Below, in pieces: positions 52,171-64,000 of a stretch of 64,000 nucleotides of DNA. The stretch's first letter is position 1. Each line of letters opens with the position of its first letter. The translations under genes and the position numbers were made by a program. This stretch comes from Octopus vulgaris (lineage: Eukaryota), in the NCBI GenBank assembly GCA_951406725.2, contig OX597823.1, positions 96,534,001 to 96,598,000 on the forward strand, read 5' to 3'. A model generated the notes under the pieces. That model worked only from the letters and a program-made list of their open reading frames with translations. It was not told where the DNA came from and did no database searches.

Positions 52171-52635
52171 TTTCGTCCTAAAAAACTTTGTATGGATTGA
52201 ATGGTTATCTCTAAGGAAATATATACACGCACATTATACATACATGTGTGTATAGATGAATATATAAATACATTTAAATATCTATATACACTTTTGGGCG
52301 ATCTTTCTGCTTCTTAGAGATAACTTTAGATGTTATTTTCGTCCTAAAAAACTTTGTATGGAGTGAATGGTTACGTCTATGGAAATATATACATACACAT
52401 TATACATACATGTGTGTATAGATGAATATATAAATACATTTAAATATCTATATACACTTTTGGGCGATCTTTCTGCTACTTGGATATACTTTAGATCTTA
52501 TATTCGTCCTAAATAACTTTGTATGGAGTGAATGGTTACCTCTATGGAAATATATACACACACATTATACATACATGTGTGCATAGATGAATATATAAAT
52601 ACATTTAAATATCTATATACACTTTTGGGCGATCA
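52171..52635. repeat. About 166-bp tandem repeat, roughly 3 copies
   Basis: cgtcctaa recurs at 52174, 52340 and 52505 with colinear flanks. Confidence 0.9.
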
Positions 52636-52654
52636 CACACACACACACGCACCG

Positions 52655-52688
<34 letters not shown>

Positions 52689-53629
52689 ACACGCACACAC
52701 GTTAGCTTACAATTTTATTTATATATTTGCGTGTCTATGTGTGTAAAGCGGAAGTGGGAGTAATATGCAGAGTAAAGGCTTCGAAGTGAAATGTTAAAAT
52801 ATTGAGTTTTCTCGAATTTTGTCTTAATTGGGGATGAAATTGAAAGAAATTTTGTATGGCATGACCGAATGAAAGTACTTTGAAAAATCATAGGTAAACT
52901 CTAATTGAAGAAATTGTGTGAGGAGTAAATCGTTATGTATTTATTTGTTTCTGTTTGCTGTGTTTTTTTTTTTGAGTAGTGGTTTAAGGTACACTTGCAA
53001 AGAGAAAGTGGGAGAAATTAGGGTGATAGCATGAGTGATCCGTTTTATATAAATAGTTTCACTTTAATCGTTGCACACTTGCAAAAAGAAAGGAGTAGAA
53101 ATTAGGGTGATAGCGTGAGTGAAGCAGATCGCTCCGTTTTTGTGTGTGTGCGTGTGTGTGTGCTGTAGCCCACACTAAGAAAAGCACTTCACTTACACAC
53201 CACAATGTGAGTTTTCTGTAAATTTTGCTTAATTGGGGTTGAAATTTTAAAAACTGGACCTGGCACGACCCGATGCATTCTACTCTTAAAAATGCTAGGT
53301 AAATTGTAATTGAAGAAATCCTATATTGTAGATTTCTATAAGAGACAAAGGGAGGCAGATAAAATCTGCCTTTTATAATAAGAGATTATCATAAGAGATA
53401 AGAGATAAAGTCAGGTTTTTATTATTCATCTCATTTTAAATCACAAACGAAATATAGATGTGTTCTTTATTGAAAGAAACCCTAATATGAACAGTATTTC
53501 TTTTAATTAAAATAATTCAAGCAGTGATTGACAACGAACGACGGAAAAAGTTAGAATTTGCTGCTGTTGATGATGTCTTACCACCAACTCTGCAAAAGAA
53601 GAAGGAAAAGCGATTAAAAACAGTGTGTA

Positions 53630-56590
53630 TTATTATTATTTCCTTCTTTCTACAAATTTTCTTCCGTTTTTTGCCGAGTGTTTTCCGTACACCTTGGACA
53701 GAGAAACTCATTGTATGCATTCCCAGATTACAAACGCAAATTCACAGGTGAAATATGTATTTAAAAAATTAATAAACAAATAAATTCATGAATGGATGTT
53801 GTTTTCACAGCGATAATGCTCTTCTCAGTACATGAGCCGTTCCAGTTAACACGATTTTTGCACTTCCTGTAGGGATGGTAAGCCTGGAATCATTTTCAAA
53901 TAGGTTTCAGTGCCTTTTTTTTATCATTCCTAGAGATCCTACAATCACTGGTACTGTAGTCGCCTTGAGATGCCACATTTTCTCAATTTCTATTAGCAGG
54001 TCTTTATATTTACTAATCTTGTCAAATTCTTTCGCCGCTATATTGTGATCTCAAGTAATACTCATGTCAATTAATAAACACATCTTTTTTGTCTGATCTT
54101 TTATAATAATATCCGGCTTATTAGCTTTTATAGTTTTGTCGGTATGTACGGGGAAGTCCCATAGAATCGACACATTTTCTCCCTCAGTCACAGCTTCAGG
54201 ATGATGTTTATACGATTTGCCAGCGGTTTTGATTTTATAATGCTGACATATTGTCCAGTAAAAATATTGGCCGACTCTGTCATGTCTTGCTTTATATTCT
54301 ACAGGTGCTAAGACTCTACTCCCTGAGATTAGGTGGTCTATAGTTTCAATCTCATCGTTACAGAATCGGCATTTTGGGTCAGCTCCATTTTTTATCACAT
54401 TGGCTTGGTAGTTACGGGTTAATAAGCTTTGGTCTTGAGCAGCTAATATGAAACCTTCACTCTCCGCTTTTAGCCCTGAGCTTCGTAACCATTGGTGCGT
54501 GTGTTTCTGGTCGACATCAGCTTGTTTGCTACGGGCCACATACTTGCCATGGAGAAGTTTCTGTTCCCATCTGCTAGCTAATTTGTCATGTGCTTTTCAT
54601 CATCATCATCATTTAATGTCTGCTTTCCATGCTAGCATGGGTTGGACGATTTTGACTGAGGGCTAGCAAACCAGATGGCTGCACCAAGCTCCAATCTTGA
54701 TCTGGCAGAGTTTCTACAGCTACATGCCATTCCTAACCTTTGCAATTAATTTTATTTTCCTTGCAGCAGCAGTTGGCACATTTCCTTCAGCCTGATCAAT
54801 CTGGTAGGTATCTAAGAGATCATAAGCGCATTTTTTGCTCTCTTCGAGAATAGAGTGAAGTTTTTTCGGTCTTTCATGTTTTTCAACAAGTTTTAGCATC
54901 CAATCGTTGGTTGCTTCAAGGTATTTGGCCAGTCTGATTGTGGTGGTTTTGTGTGTAAGTTCAAGCTGGATCAAACCTCGACCTCCCTGAGCCCTGGGAA
55001 GGTAAAGACGAGCCACGTCTGCCTTTGGATGGTGCATCTTATTACAAGTCAGTAGCTTGCGGATTTTTCTGTCAATTTGCATTATTTCACTGGTATTCCA
55101 GATAAGCACATTGAAGCTATAAAGAACAAATGAGACTGCTAAGGAATTTATGGCTAACACCTTATTATATGCATTCAGCTCAGAATTCAGGATTGCTCGA
55201 ACTCTTCTATAACATTCCTTTCTAACCTTCTCTTTCATGCTGGATACCAGAGCCTTCATTTATTCCTAGGTATTTATAGGTTTGTTCCTGCTCAAGTTCC
55301 TTTATTACTATTTCGACATCTAATTCGATTGAACCTGACTTTACCAATTTCCCTTTCTTAAAAGTGGCTTTGGCACACTTTTCGAGGCCAAACTCCATCC
55401 CGATATCATCACTGAATCCTTTCACTGTATGTAATAATCCTTCAAGCTCTTCATCATCTTTGCCATGTAGCTTTAAGTCATCCATATAAAATAAATGGCT
55501 TATTTTTCTGTTGTCAATTTTGTAGCCATATCCTGTTCTATTCAGTTCACTTGAGAGTGGTATTAGTGCTATGCGGAAAATTAGTGGTGAAAGTGAGTCA
55601 CCTTGGAAAATGCCAGTTTATGCTAATATTGTTTGAGCGCAATACTCCATTAGAATGATATAATTGGAGCTTCGTGTTCCATAGTGACATATTATACTTT
55701 AAAAAATCTGAAATCACAGGAGAAATTTTGAAAATGTCCAGCGATTTCAGAATCAACGAATCTGGTATGCTGTCAAAGGTTTTTTATAATCAATCCATGA
55801 AGAGATTTCTGCGCTTGTTATGTCAGTTCTCAAGGATCATGCGATTAATTAGGAGCTGATCTTTACATTCATATGAGCCTCATCAGCATCCTTTTTGTTC
55901 AGTGGGAAAGAGGTTATTCTCTTCCATAAACATGTTTTCTCTACTAGAATAGATGTCAAAACCTTATAGTTAGTAGAGAAACATGTTATAGGCTGGTAGT
56001 TTTTGGGGTCTTTCGTTTTGTTATTTTTGGGGAGGAGGTAAGTAATACCATTTGCCATCCAATGGGGAGTTTTTTTCCGGGTCTTTCATAATACTATTAA
56101 ATAGTATTACTAACATTTTGCGTGCGGATGAGAGTGATGAGAGCGAGAAATTTGGTACTCTATCAATACCAGGGGATTTCCACTTATGAGCCTTCGTTAG
56201 TGCCCTCCTTAGGTCGGCGATTGAGATGTCTTCCCATACCTGTTCTTGTAGATTTTTGTAGGCATCTTGGGTGCGTTTGATCCACTCTGCATTTTCATTG
56301 TATGGTTTCTCATCACTCCAGATCTCCTTCCAAAAGTTTTCAACTTCTTCCATTAGAGGTGAATTTTCAAAAGGTTTTTTTTTCTTTCCCTGTAAAATGA
56401 TTTGGCATTGGAGTTATAACAGCTTATTTTGTTCGTAGAATTTGATTCTTTACTCAAATCTGCGTATTCTCTGAGCTTTTGCTTGAACTTTTTGTTTAAG
56501 CGTTTCCTTTGCTGAGATTAGTTCTTCTCTTGTTGGGAGTCCATATTTTCTCACAATCTTCCTGCCTTTTCTTGATTTTACAGTCAGAGT
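53630..56590 (-). mobile_element. Degenerate Dong/R4 LINE related to the 38.5-42.5 kb copy
   Basis: Colinear RT (YMDDLK), zinc knuckle and RLE; an RTE 3' fragment is inserted at about 54598-54725. Confidence 0.92.
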
Positions 56591-56867
56591 TGGAATGTTT
56601 CTGATCATATATGTCTGTTCGACAAAATCTATCATTTCCAGAAGAGGAGGCTCAGACCAGGCAAACTCGCACTTCATTGGTGGTCTAAATGTTAAAGTTG
56701 GTAAGACATCAATGAGACATCGTAGCTGTATAGAATTTTGAGGTAGAGAGACAGAGAGAAAAAAAAAGGTAGGTCATGTGGTCAAAAGTTGAGTGCCACA
56801 GTGCAGCTATCTGGGCCAGTGGCCTCTACCACAGAAACTGTGTGAAACCCCATCGTGTATGTGTGTG

Positions 56868-57110
56868 TCATCATCATCGTTTAACGTCTGCTTTCCATGC
56901 TAGCATGGGTTGGACGATTTTGACTGAGGGCTGGCGAACCAGATGGCTGCACCAGGCTCAATCTGATCTGGCAGAGTTTCTACAGCTGGATGGCCTTCCT
57001 AACGCCAACCACTCCGAGAGTGTAGTGGGTGCTTTTACGTGCTACCGGCACGGGGCCAGTCAACGACCTCGCTCGAATCTTTTACACATGCCACCGGCAC
57101 AGGTGCCAGT
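56868..57110 (-). mobile_element. RTE 3'-UTR-derived short retroposon (related copies near 48420, 58005, 58820 and 62100)
   Basis: Matches 10222-10420, including tccatgctagcatgggttggacg and the (GAT)n tail. Confidence 0.8.
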
Positions 57111-60100
57111 AAGGCTATGCTGGTGCGTGTGCATATGTATGTATGTTTACAGACACAGAAATATACTTGTCTCCACTTCCCCGTTTGATAACCAGTGTTG
57201 GTTTGTTTACTTCCCAACAACTTACCAGTGTCTGATAGAATAAGTGCCAGACTTCAAAGATAAGTGCTGGGGTCGATTGTCTTGTTTGACCAAACCCTTC
57301 CAGCAGTACACCAACATGACAGAAACAAGTGTAAAAGATAACACAAAACAGATGTCAAAGTTGGGGTCAGAATTTAATTTTTTCTTAATATTAATTAATA
57401 TAATATCAGCAGCCTTAAATCAATAATACATATAAAAAAAAATTATAAAGAAAAGGTGATATTGTCATTTCTTTAAATATAAGGAAATATTAGAAATACA
57501 TTTAAATTTCCTTTTTTGACTTCCTCACACCACCTTATAAAACAGAGCATATGTGATTTATAGATATATATGTAATATAATATATATACAACAAAAGAAG
57601 ATGGAGGGGGAGGAGATAATCATTGCCGTCTCGCTTCATTCTTCTGTTAGCAAAAGCATGCAGTTTACAATTACTGGCAGATAAGGAACACTGGCTCAAA
57701 CATGTCTGTTGGTTTAAAAGAAACAATTTATAATATTGCCAGAAACAAGTTTAACTGCAAAGCTGAGACTGAAAAGAAAATCAAAGACAGTAATAATTAA
57801 ATGGGAACATACATGGCAAATAATAAACTTGATTGCTTGAACTAAGATACAAAAAAAAAATTTTTAATTTTAATTACATTTGTCTCTAACATTAATTACA
57901 AAGCTTTTCCTATGATGTTAATATTTTTATCAACACACACACCTGCCACTTATCCCATGGCATTTCAATGCAAAATCATGAAACGGTATTTCACAAAGTA
58001 ATGTCATCATTTAACGTCTGCTTTCCATGCTAGCATGGGTTGGACGATTTGACTGAGGTCTGGCAAATTAGACTCCAATCTGATCTGGCAGAGTTTCTAC
58101 AGCTGGATGCCCTTCCTAACGCCACCCACTCCAAGAGTGTAGTGGGTGTTTTTACGTGCCACCTGCACAGGAACCAGTCCAGAGGCACTGGCGATAAAAC
58201 TAAATTCTTTTGATGGACTAACTTGCTTGAAATAGCTTCTGGTTCTTTTGTTAAAAAATAATTATTTTAAAGGTGTTCAATTAGTCATCATCATATTGTC
58301 TACTCTTCCATACTTGCATAGGTCCAACGGATTTTGTTGAGGCAGATGCCTTTTATGTCTACAAAGGTAATGCTGGAAACAAATGGCACTGCTTGTACAA
58401 CAGTGACACTTCTGAGCAACCACTGAGTGATGTTGGGACAAACCCACCCAGAATTACACATCTATAAAGTGACCCCTTTCAATTCCTTACTACCAAAGCC
58501 TTTCGAAAAGCTTTGGTTGACCCACGGTTATAGAAAACAGCTTCCGAAGATGCCACAGTGAGAAATGAACTTGGGATTGAGAAGCAAGCTTCCTAACCAC
58601 TCACAACCATCCCTGCACCTATACTAAAACCGTCCATCCTCACATCATGTAAGGACCTTAAGTTCTAGTTCAAACCCCCATGCTTAAGAGATACTAATAT
58701 ATACAAAAAGGTGGTTGCTTTGATATTAAATCTCTTCAAACTAACCATTTTTTGGAAATTAATTGAAACAAACGGGCACTCATTAGAAATAGAACCAGAA
58801 AAGAATCGAACACCAAAAGCAGTTGTGATACCAGTGCTGGTGGCACGTAAAAGAACCATTTGAATGTGGCCGTTGCCAGCCTCCCCTGGCACGTAAAAAG
58901 CACCCACTACACTCACGGAGTGGTTGGTGTTAGGAAGGGCATCCAGCTGTAGAAACTCTGCCACATCAGACTGGAGCCTGGTGCAGCCTCCTGGCTTCCC
59001 AGACCCCGGTCGAACCGTCCAACCCATGCTAGCCTGGAAAGCGGACGTTAAACGATGATCTCATCCATTAACATTTCAGCTCTATGTACATAACTCTCTA
59101 CCATCATTGTTTTTTAAAGTCCATTTTATCAAATGTTATCACCAATGGTCATCTGTTCCCAAGCAAGGCAACTCTTCTTTTACAGAATATAGAGATAATG
59201 GCTGACATTGCGTGTATGACAGTGGCACTTGTTTGATCTTTCAGTTTCTGTCTACCGAATCCACCCATACGACATTGTTGGACCAGGACTTATCGAAGAA
59301 AACTCTTGCCAAATGGGTCACACGCTGAGACTGACAGGAACCATTATGGTTGGGAACTTCTCTATCACCTTTCTCAGCATAAAATACGGGGAATTCAGTG
59401 CATTTTGTCTTTGCAAGGAATTTAGTATGGTATTATTTCTGCCGACTCAGTTTCCTTAAACATCATTAACCAAAGTTTTTGTCACTGCAAGACCCATGAA
59501 TCAATGCTAATATACACCCAGTACTTATTACAGAAACTAAAAACCATAACACTTCTTCTTCAGTGGTGTTCCCCACAATACTCAAACCCGATTTGTCTCT
59601 TACTTTGTTGGATAACTACAAGCAAAATGTATAGATTAGGGAGAGTAAAAGGAAAGGATTCTACCCATGTATACTATTTGTTTCAACTTGTAATTTGAGT
59701 TTTCTAGCTTTCTGTACTTTCTGAAACACTCGAGTAATCAAGCAAACAAAAAGGTAAAAATCGTGGTACCTAACATTTTAATGGTTAGATATAAAAGGTG
59801 ATGGTGCAGGGCAGACTTTAAAGAAATATTTACTTATTCTTGATATCTGTGATATCTAATTTAATTTTTTCTTGAGTAAAATTATGGCAACAAGTATGTC
59901 AGTAAATGCTCACAAGGACAACTGACAAAATTGTCAGTCTTTTAAGCAGTTATTAATGCATGGAAGATTTTTCAGCTTTCGCATCACTCCTTCATTGTCA
60001 GGCCACCTATATACACTACTACTCACAAAATGAATGAAGCTTACAGGTATCAGAATTCATCAGGACGGTTCTTCTCTACAGCTGGATACTCTTCCTATCG

Positions 60101-60724
60101 CCACCCTGCAGCTTTTTCAAGATATTTCCCCATGGGCAGAAAAAAAAATTTTTTTTTTTATTTACACAAGATTGGAAACAGATGGCAGCACTTGCACCAG
60201 TGATGCTTGCTTACAATTATCATACGATGCCAAGACAAGGAGATGCCAAAACACACATTATGGGCTTCTTTCTCCAACTACAAAACACAAGATTTTGGTT
60301 GGCCTGAGGTTTTAGTAGATGTCCCCTGTTAAATGCACTGTGCATTAGAATTGAAACCAAAAGCACATCATTGTAAAACAAACTTCTTAATCACACAGCC
60401 AGGTCATTATTTTTATGTTGATAGCATCAGTCACCAGCATATCACTCCAGAATGGTCTTGGGGGTTACTCAAAGACTATTATTTATACTATTAAATCAAC
60501 ATCTATTGAAGAGAGACACTAGTCCACGAGTAAGTAGAAACATTAATTTCTTGACTGAATCTACAATATATTGTTGAGCTTTTATCACTTCTCTGTATTT
60601 ACATTCCGCATCCTATTGCTGGTGTCACATAAAAAGCATCCAGCTGTAGAAACCATGTCAAAATAGACGATTGGAGTCTGAACAGCCATGCCAGCATGGA
60701 AAATGGAAGTCAATGATGCCACCC

Positions 60725-61990
60725 ATGCCCTACATGTGGGGCTACCAAATTATCAGAAGGATCACTTTTATGATACCCTTCTACAGGCTACCTCAAAGAC
60801 GAGTGGTATTGACCTCATCTTTGTGACTGGAGACTTTAATGGGCATGTTGGGCGGGAATCGGGTATCTTCACTGGGGTACACGGTGGTCATGGTATTGGC
60901 ACCCGAAACGATGAGGGAACCAGGCTACTGTGAACCATTTAATCTGAAACACTGACTTCAAGAAGCCAGACAGCCACCTTAAAACTTATCACTAGAATAA
61001 GAATAGCCTGGACAAAGTTTAGAAAGCTCCTACCCCTACTGGTGACAAAGGGTCTCCCCCTCAGAGTGAAAGGTAGATTGCACGACGCATGTGTGCGAAC
61101 TGCCATGCTTCACGGTAGTGAAACATGGGCTGTGACTGCAGAGGACATGCGTAGGCTTGAAAGAAATAAAGCTAGCATGATCTGCTGGTTGTGTAATGTC
61201 AATGTGCATACACGACAGAGTGTAAATGCCCTGAGAGAAATGCTGGACATAAGCATAGGATGTGGCATGCAAGAGAGATGTTTGCACTGCTGTGGTCATG
61301 TACTACGGATGGATGAGGAGAGCTGTGTGAAGAAGTGCCACTGCCAAACAGTTGAAGGAATCCGGAGTAGAGGTAGACCCAGGAAGACATGGAATGAGGT
61401 GGTCAAGCACGACCATCGAACATTGAGTCTCACAGAGGCAATGACGATAGACCGAGATCTCTGGAGATGTTGTGACTGCAAAGACCCACAAATAACCTGA
61501 GTTCATGGCTGTTTCCTGCACTAGCTTCACATAGTAGCCCCAGCCCATCCAAAGTACCTTTGGCTCGCAGGACGGCCTGCTGTGCTTACCTTGGATCGTA
61601 AGGTGACCTGCTGTGCTTGAGACCTATTGAGTCAAGTACATCAACATCAAAAAAATCAAATGGAAATTGTAGTTGTGATACCTGTGCCGGTGGCACATAA
61701 AATGCACCATCCGTACGTGGCCGATGCCAGCGCCGCCTTGACTGGTTTCCATGCTGGAAGAACATAAATAGCACCAACTGATCGTGGCCGTTACCAGCCT
61801 CCCCCGGCATCTGTGCCAGTGGCACATAAAAAGCACCCACTACACTCACGGAGTGGTTGGCGTTAGGATGGGCATCAAGCTGTAGAAACACTGCCAGATC
61901 AGACTGGAGCCTGGTGCAGCCTTCTGACTTCCCAGACCCTGGTTGAACTGTCCAACCCATGCTAGCATGGAAAACGGATGTTATACGATG
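60725..61990 (+). mobile_element. Internally deleted RTE LINE
   Basis: APE piece (GDFNGHVG..NDEGTRLL) joined to the thumb (AMLHGSETW, RGRPRKTW) and 3' UTR. Confidence 0.88.
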
Positions 61991-62803
61991 AGAGAGAGAT
62001 AGATAGATAGATAGATATCATCTATAGCAAGACCTCTCTTACACTCTAACCTTTCATTATCTGATACAAAATTCTCTACTTCAAAATTCCTTGTCTTGCA
62101 AGTTACTCGCTGACCCTGCAAATGCGGGTGCCATATAAAAAGCACTAAGTCCATTATGCAGAGTGATTGGTGTTAGGAAGGGCATCCAGCCATAACAAAA
62201 CCCTGCTAAAACAGACACAGTCACCTGGAGTAGTCTTCTACCTGGTCAGCTCCTGTCAAACCATCTAACCGATGCTAGCATGGAAGCTGGATGTTAAACA
62301 ATGATGATTTCTGACTGGGTACAATACCAGGGGTACATTTAAAGAGAGGAGTACAATTCTATCACTCCCATATTACCCTGATCAGAAGCTCAAAAAGCAA
62401 AGCATGAAAAATTCTGGTTTAGCAATAATTCCTTGTTTTAAGTCATCTGCTTTGCTTCATTGGCTAAAGAATATAAAATAGCACCTTTCTGATTTCAAAC
62501 ATTAAAATTTCATATAAAATACTGACTGTAATAGGTTTTTGTTTTTGATTTTTAAAAATAGAGCCAAGAAAGACTGGAAAATTGTTACATTCTGCCTTTC
62601 TACAATGACATTAGAAGTTTAATGTAGATTATATTATTATTATTATCATTGTTGATGAAAAAAAAAATAATACAGTCATGGATGTAAACTCAGCTTTAAA
62701 AATGTTCGGTTTGAATAGAAAGAGAGAGAAAGAAAGTGTAGGGGTGAGGATGTAGGAGGAAGATAAGTAAAACAGATTTCAGTGTTTCAAGTTGTTCTCA
62801 GCT

Positions 62804-63237
62804 TCAGTCTTTCTGTTGATTACATGTATCTGGAATGGCAGCTTCCATGGTGGACTTTAAAAGATGCTGCAAAAGCGAATGGGCTTGGAGGATTTCGGAA
62901 TAATTTAATTGCCTGATTTCTCTGGAAGTGAATCTTTCTAACAAAAGCTTTAATGTTGGTAAGAGTTCTACATCTTTCTGTACAGAAATGTCTCTGAGCA
63001 GTTTAGACTGCTGTAATCTGTTATTTTTGTCTGACTGTAATGGCAGAAGGTGGCTGACATCGAAACCCTCCGTCCCTTGGCAATGTTCATCAGCAGTGAA
63101 ATCATCTCGGAGAAATTTCAAAGAGTTGGATGTTTTCTCCAGTTCTTGAACCGATAAAGAAAGTTTATGGACTTCTTGAAGCAGAGCACTGGAATGTTCC
63201 AAGACAGAGTTAACATCCTCCTCAACAGTACTGACAT
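62804..63237 (-). CDS. Terminal coding exon of a host gene, possibly RIF1
   Basis: ttattttcacag acceptor, 434-nt open non-repetitive frame to TGA; FTSREIRQLNYSEILQAHSLLQHLL resembles the RIF1 extreme C-terminus as recalled. Confidence 0.6.
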
Positions 63238-63359
63238 CTGTGAAAATAAATCGTAAATGCATAACATGCAATTAGAGGTGGTTGGATAGAAAAACAACTA
63301 AAGATGGGAATCCCATTTCAACAATATTTATAATCAAATATTTTTTTTCATTTAATTTA

Positions 63360-63735
63360 CACATTTACTTGTTTCAGTCATTTGACTGTGGCCATGCTGG
63401 AGCACCGCCTTTAGTCGACCAAATTGACCCCGGGACTTATTCTTTGTAAACCCAGTACTTATTCTATCAGTCTTTTTTTGCCGAACCGCTAAGTGACAGG
63501 GATGTAAACACACCAGCATCGGTTGTCAAGCAATGCTAGGGAGACAAACACAGACACACAAACATATATACGACAGGCTTCTTTCAGTTTCCGTTTACCA
63601 AATCCACTCACAAGGCATTGGTTGGCCCGAGGCTATAGCAGAAGACACTTGCCCAAGATGCCATGCAGTGGGACTGAACCCGGAACCATGTGGTTGGTAA
63701 GCAAGCTACTACCACACAGCCACTCCTGTGCCTTT
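63360..63735 (-). mobile_element. tRNA-derived SINE, well preserved
   Basis: Reverse-complement match to the 8476-9020 family. Confidence 0.8.
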
Positions 63736-64000
63736 AATGTTACATTTCCTCACTGAATAATTTAGTTTTAGTTCCCTTATTAAACATACCGGTTTGAAAT
63801 TGTGGTACAAGGCCAACAATTTTGAGATAGGGGCTAATTGATGACACTGAGCCCTATTACACAACTGGTATTCATTTTATCAATGCTGGAAGGATGACAG
63901 GTAATATCCTGAACTCAGAGTGTGAAGTTGGAAGGAATGCTGCTTAGCATTTGGTCCAGCTTAGTAACAATTCTGCCAGCTCGCTGCCTTATTAATCATA

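Larger units (their letters stand above)
49697..53390 (-). mobile_element. Composite/tandem non-autonomous Helitrons
   Basis: 3' hairpin plus CTAG ends at 49697 and 51322; 5' TC ends at 52169 and about 53386, and a related 5'-type terminus near 51318; internal repeats shared between units. Confidence 0.8.

Overview
Animal genomic DNA, most likely an octopus or other cephalopod (inferred from the SINE, RTE and microsatellite content, not from a search). The left 36 kb holds the first seven coding exons of a minus-strand SLC22-family organic cation/anion transporter gene; all have GT-AG boundaries and join in frame, and the gene runs off the left edge. The right end holds one terminal exon whose C-terminus resembles RIF1. 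A CpG-rich promoter-like island sits at about 49.1-49.45 kb. The rest is a dense transposon landscape: RTE, Dong/R4, HERO, CR1 and Tx1 LINEs, Penelope-like elements, a mariner with a nested MITE, Helitrons, a Gypsy integrase relic, tRNA-SINEs and microsatellites. The most notable non-coding signal is about nine hammerhead-ribozyme cores tied to Penelope-like repeats. One of them (20549-20634) has all three hammerhead strands in an order that is not a circular permutation of types I-III, which suggests an unusual, probably dimeric architecture. All calls are by eye; repeat boundaries are approximate unless a TSD is given.
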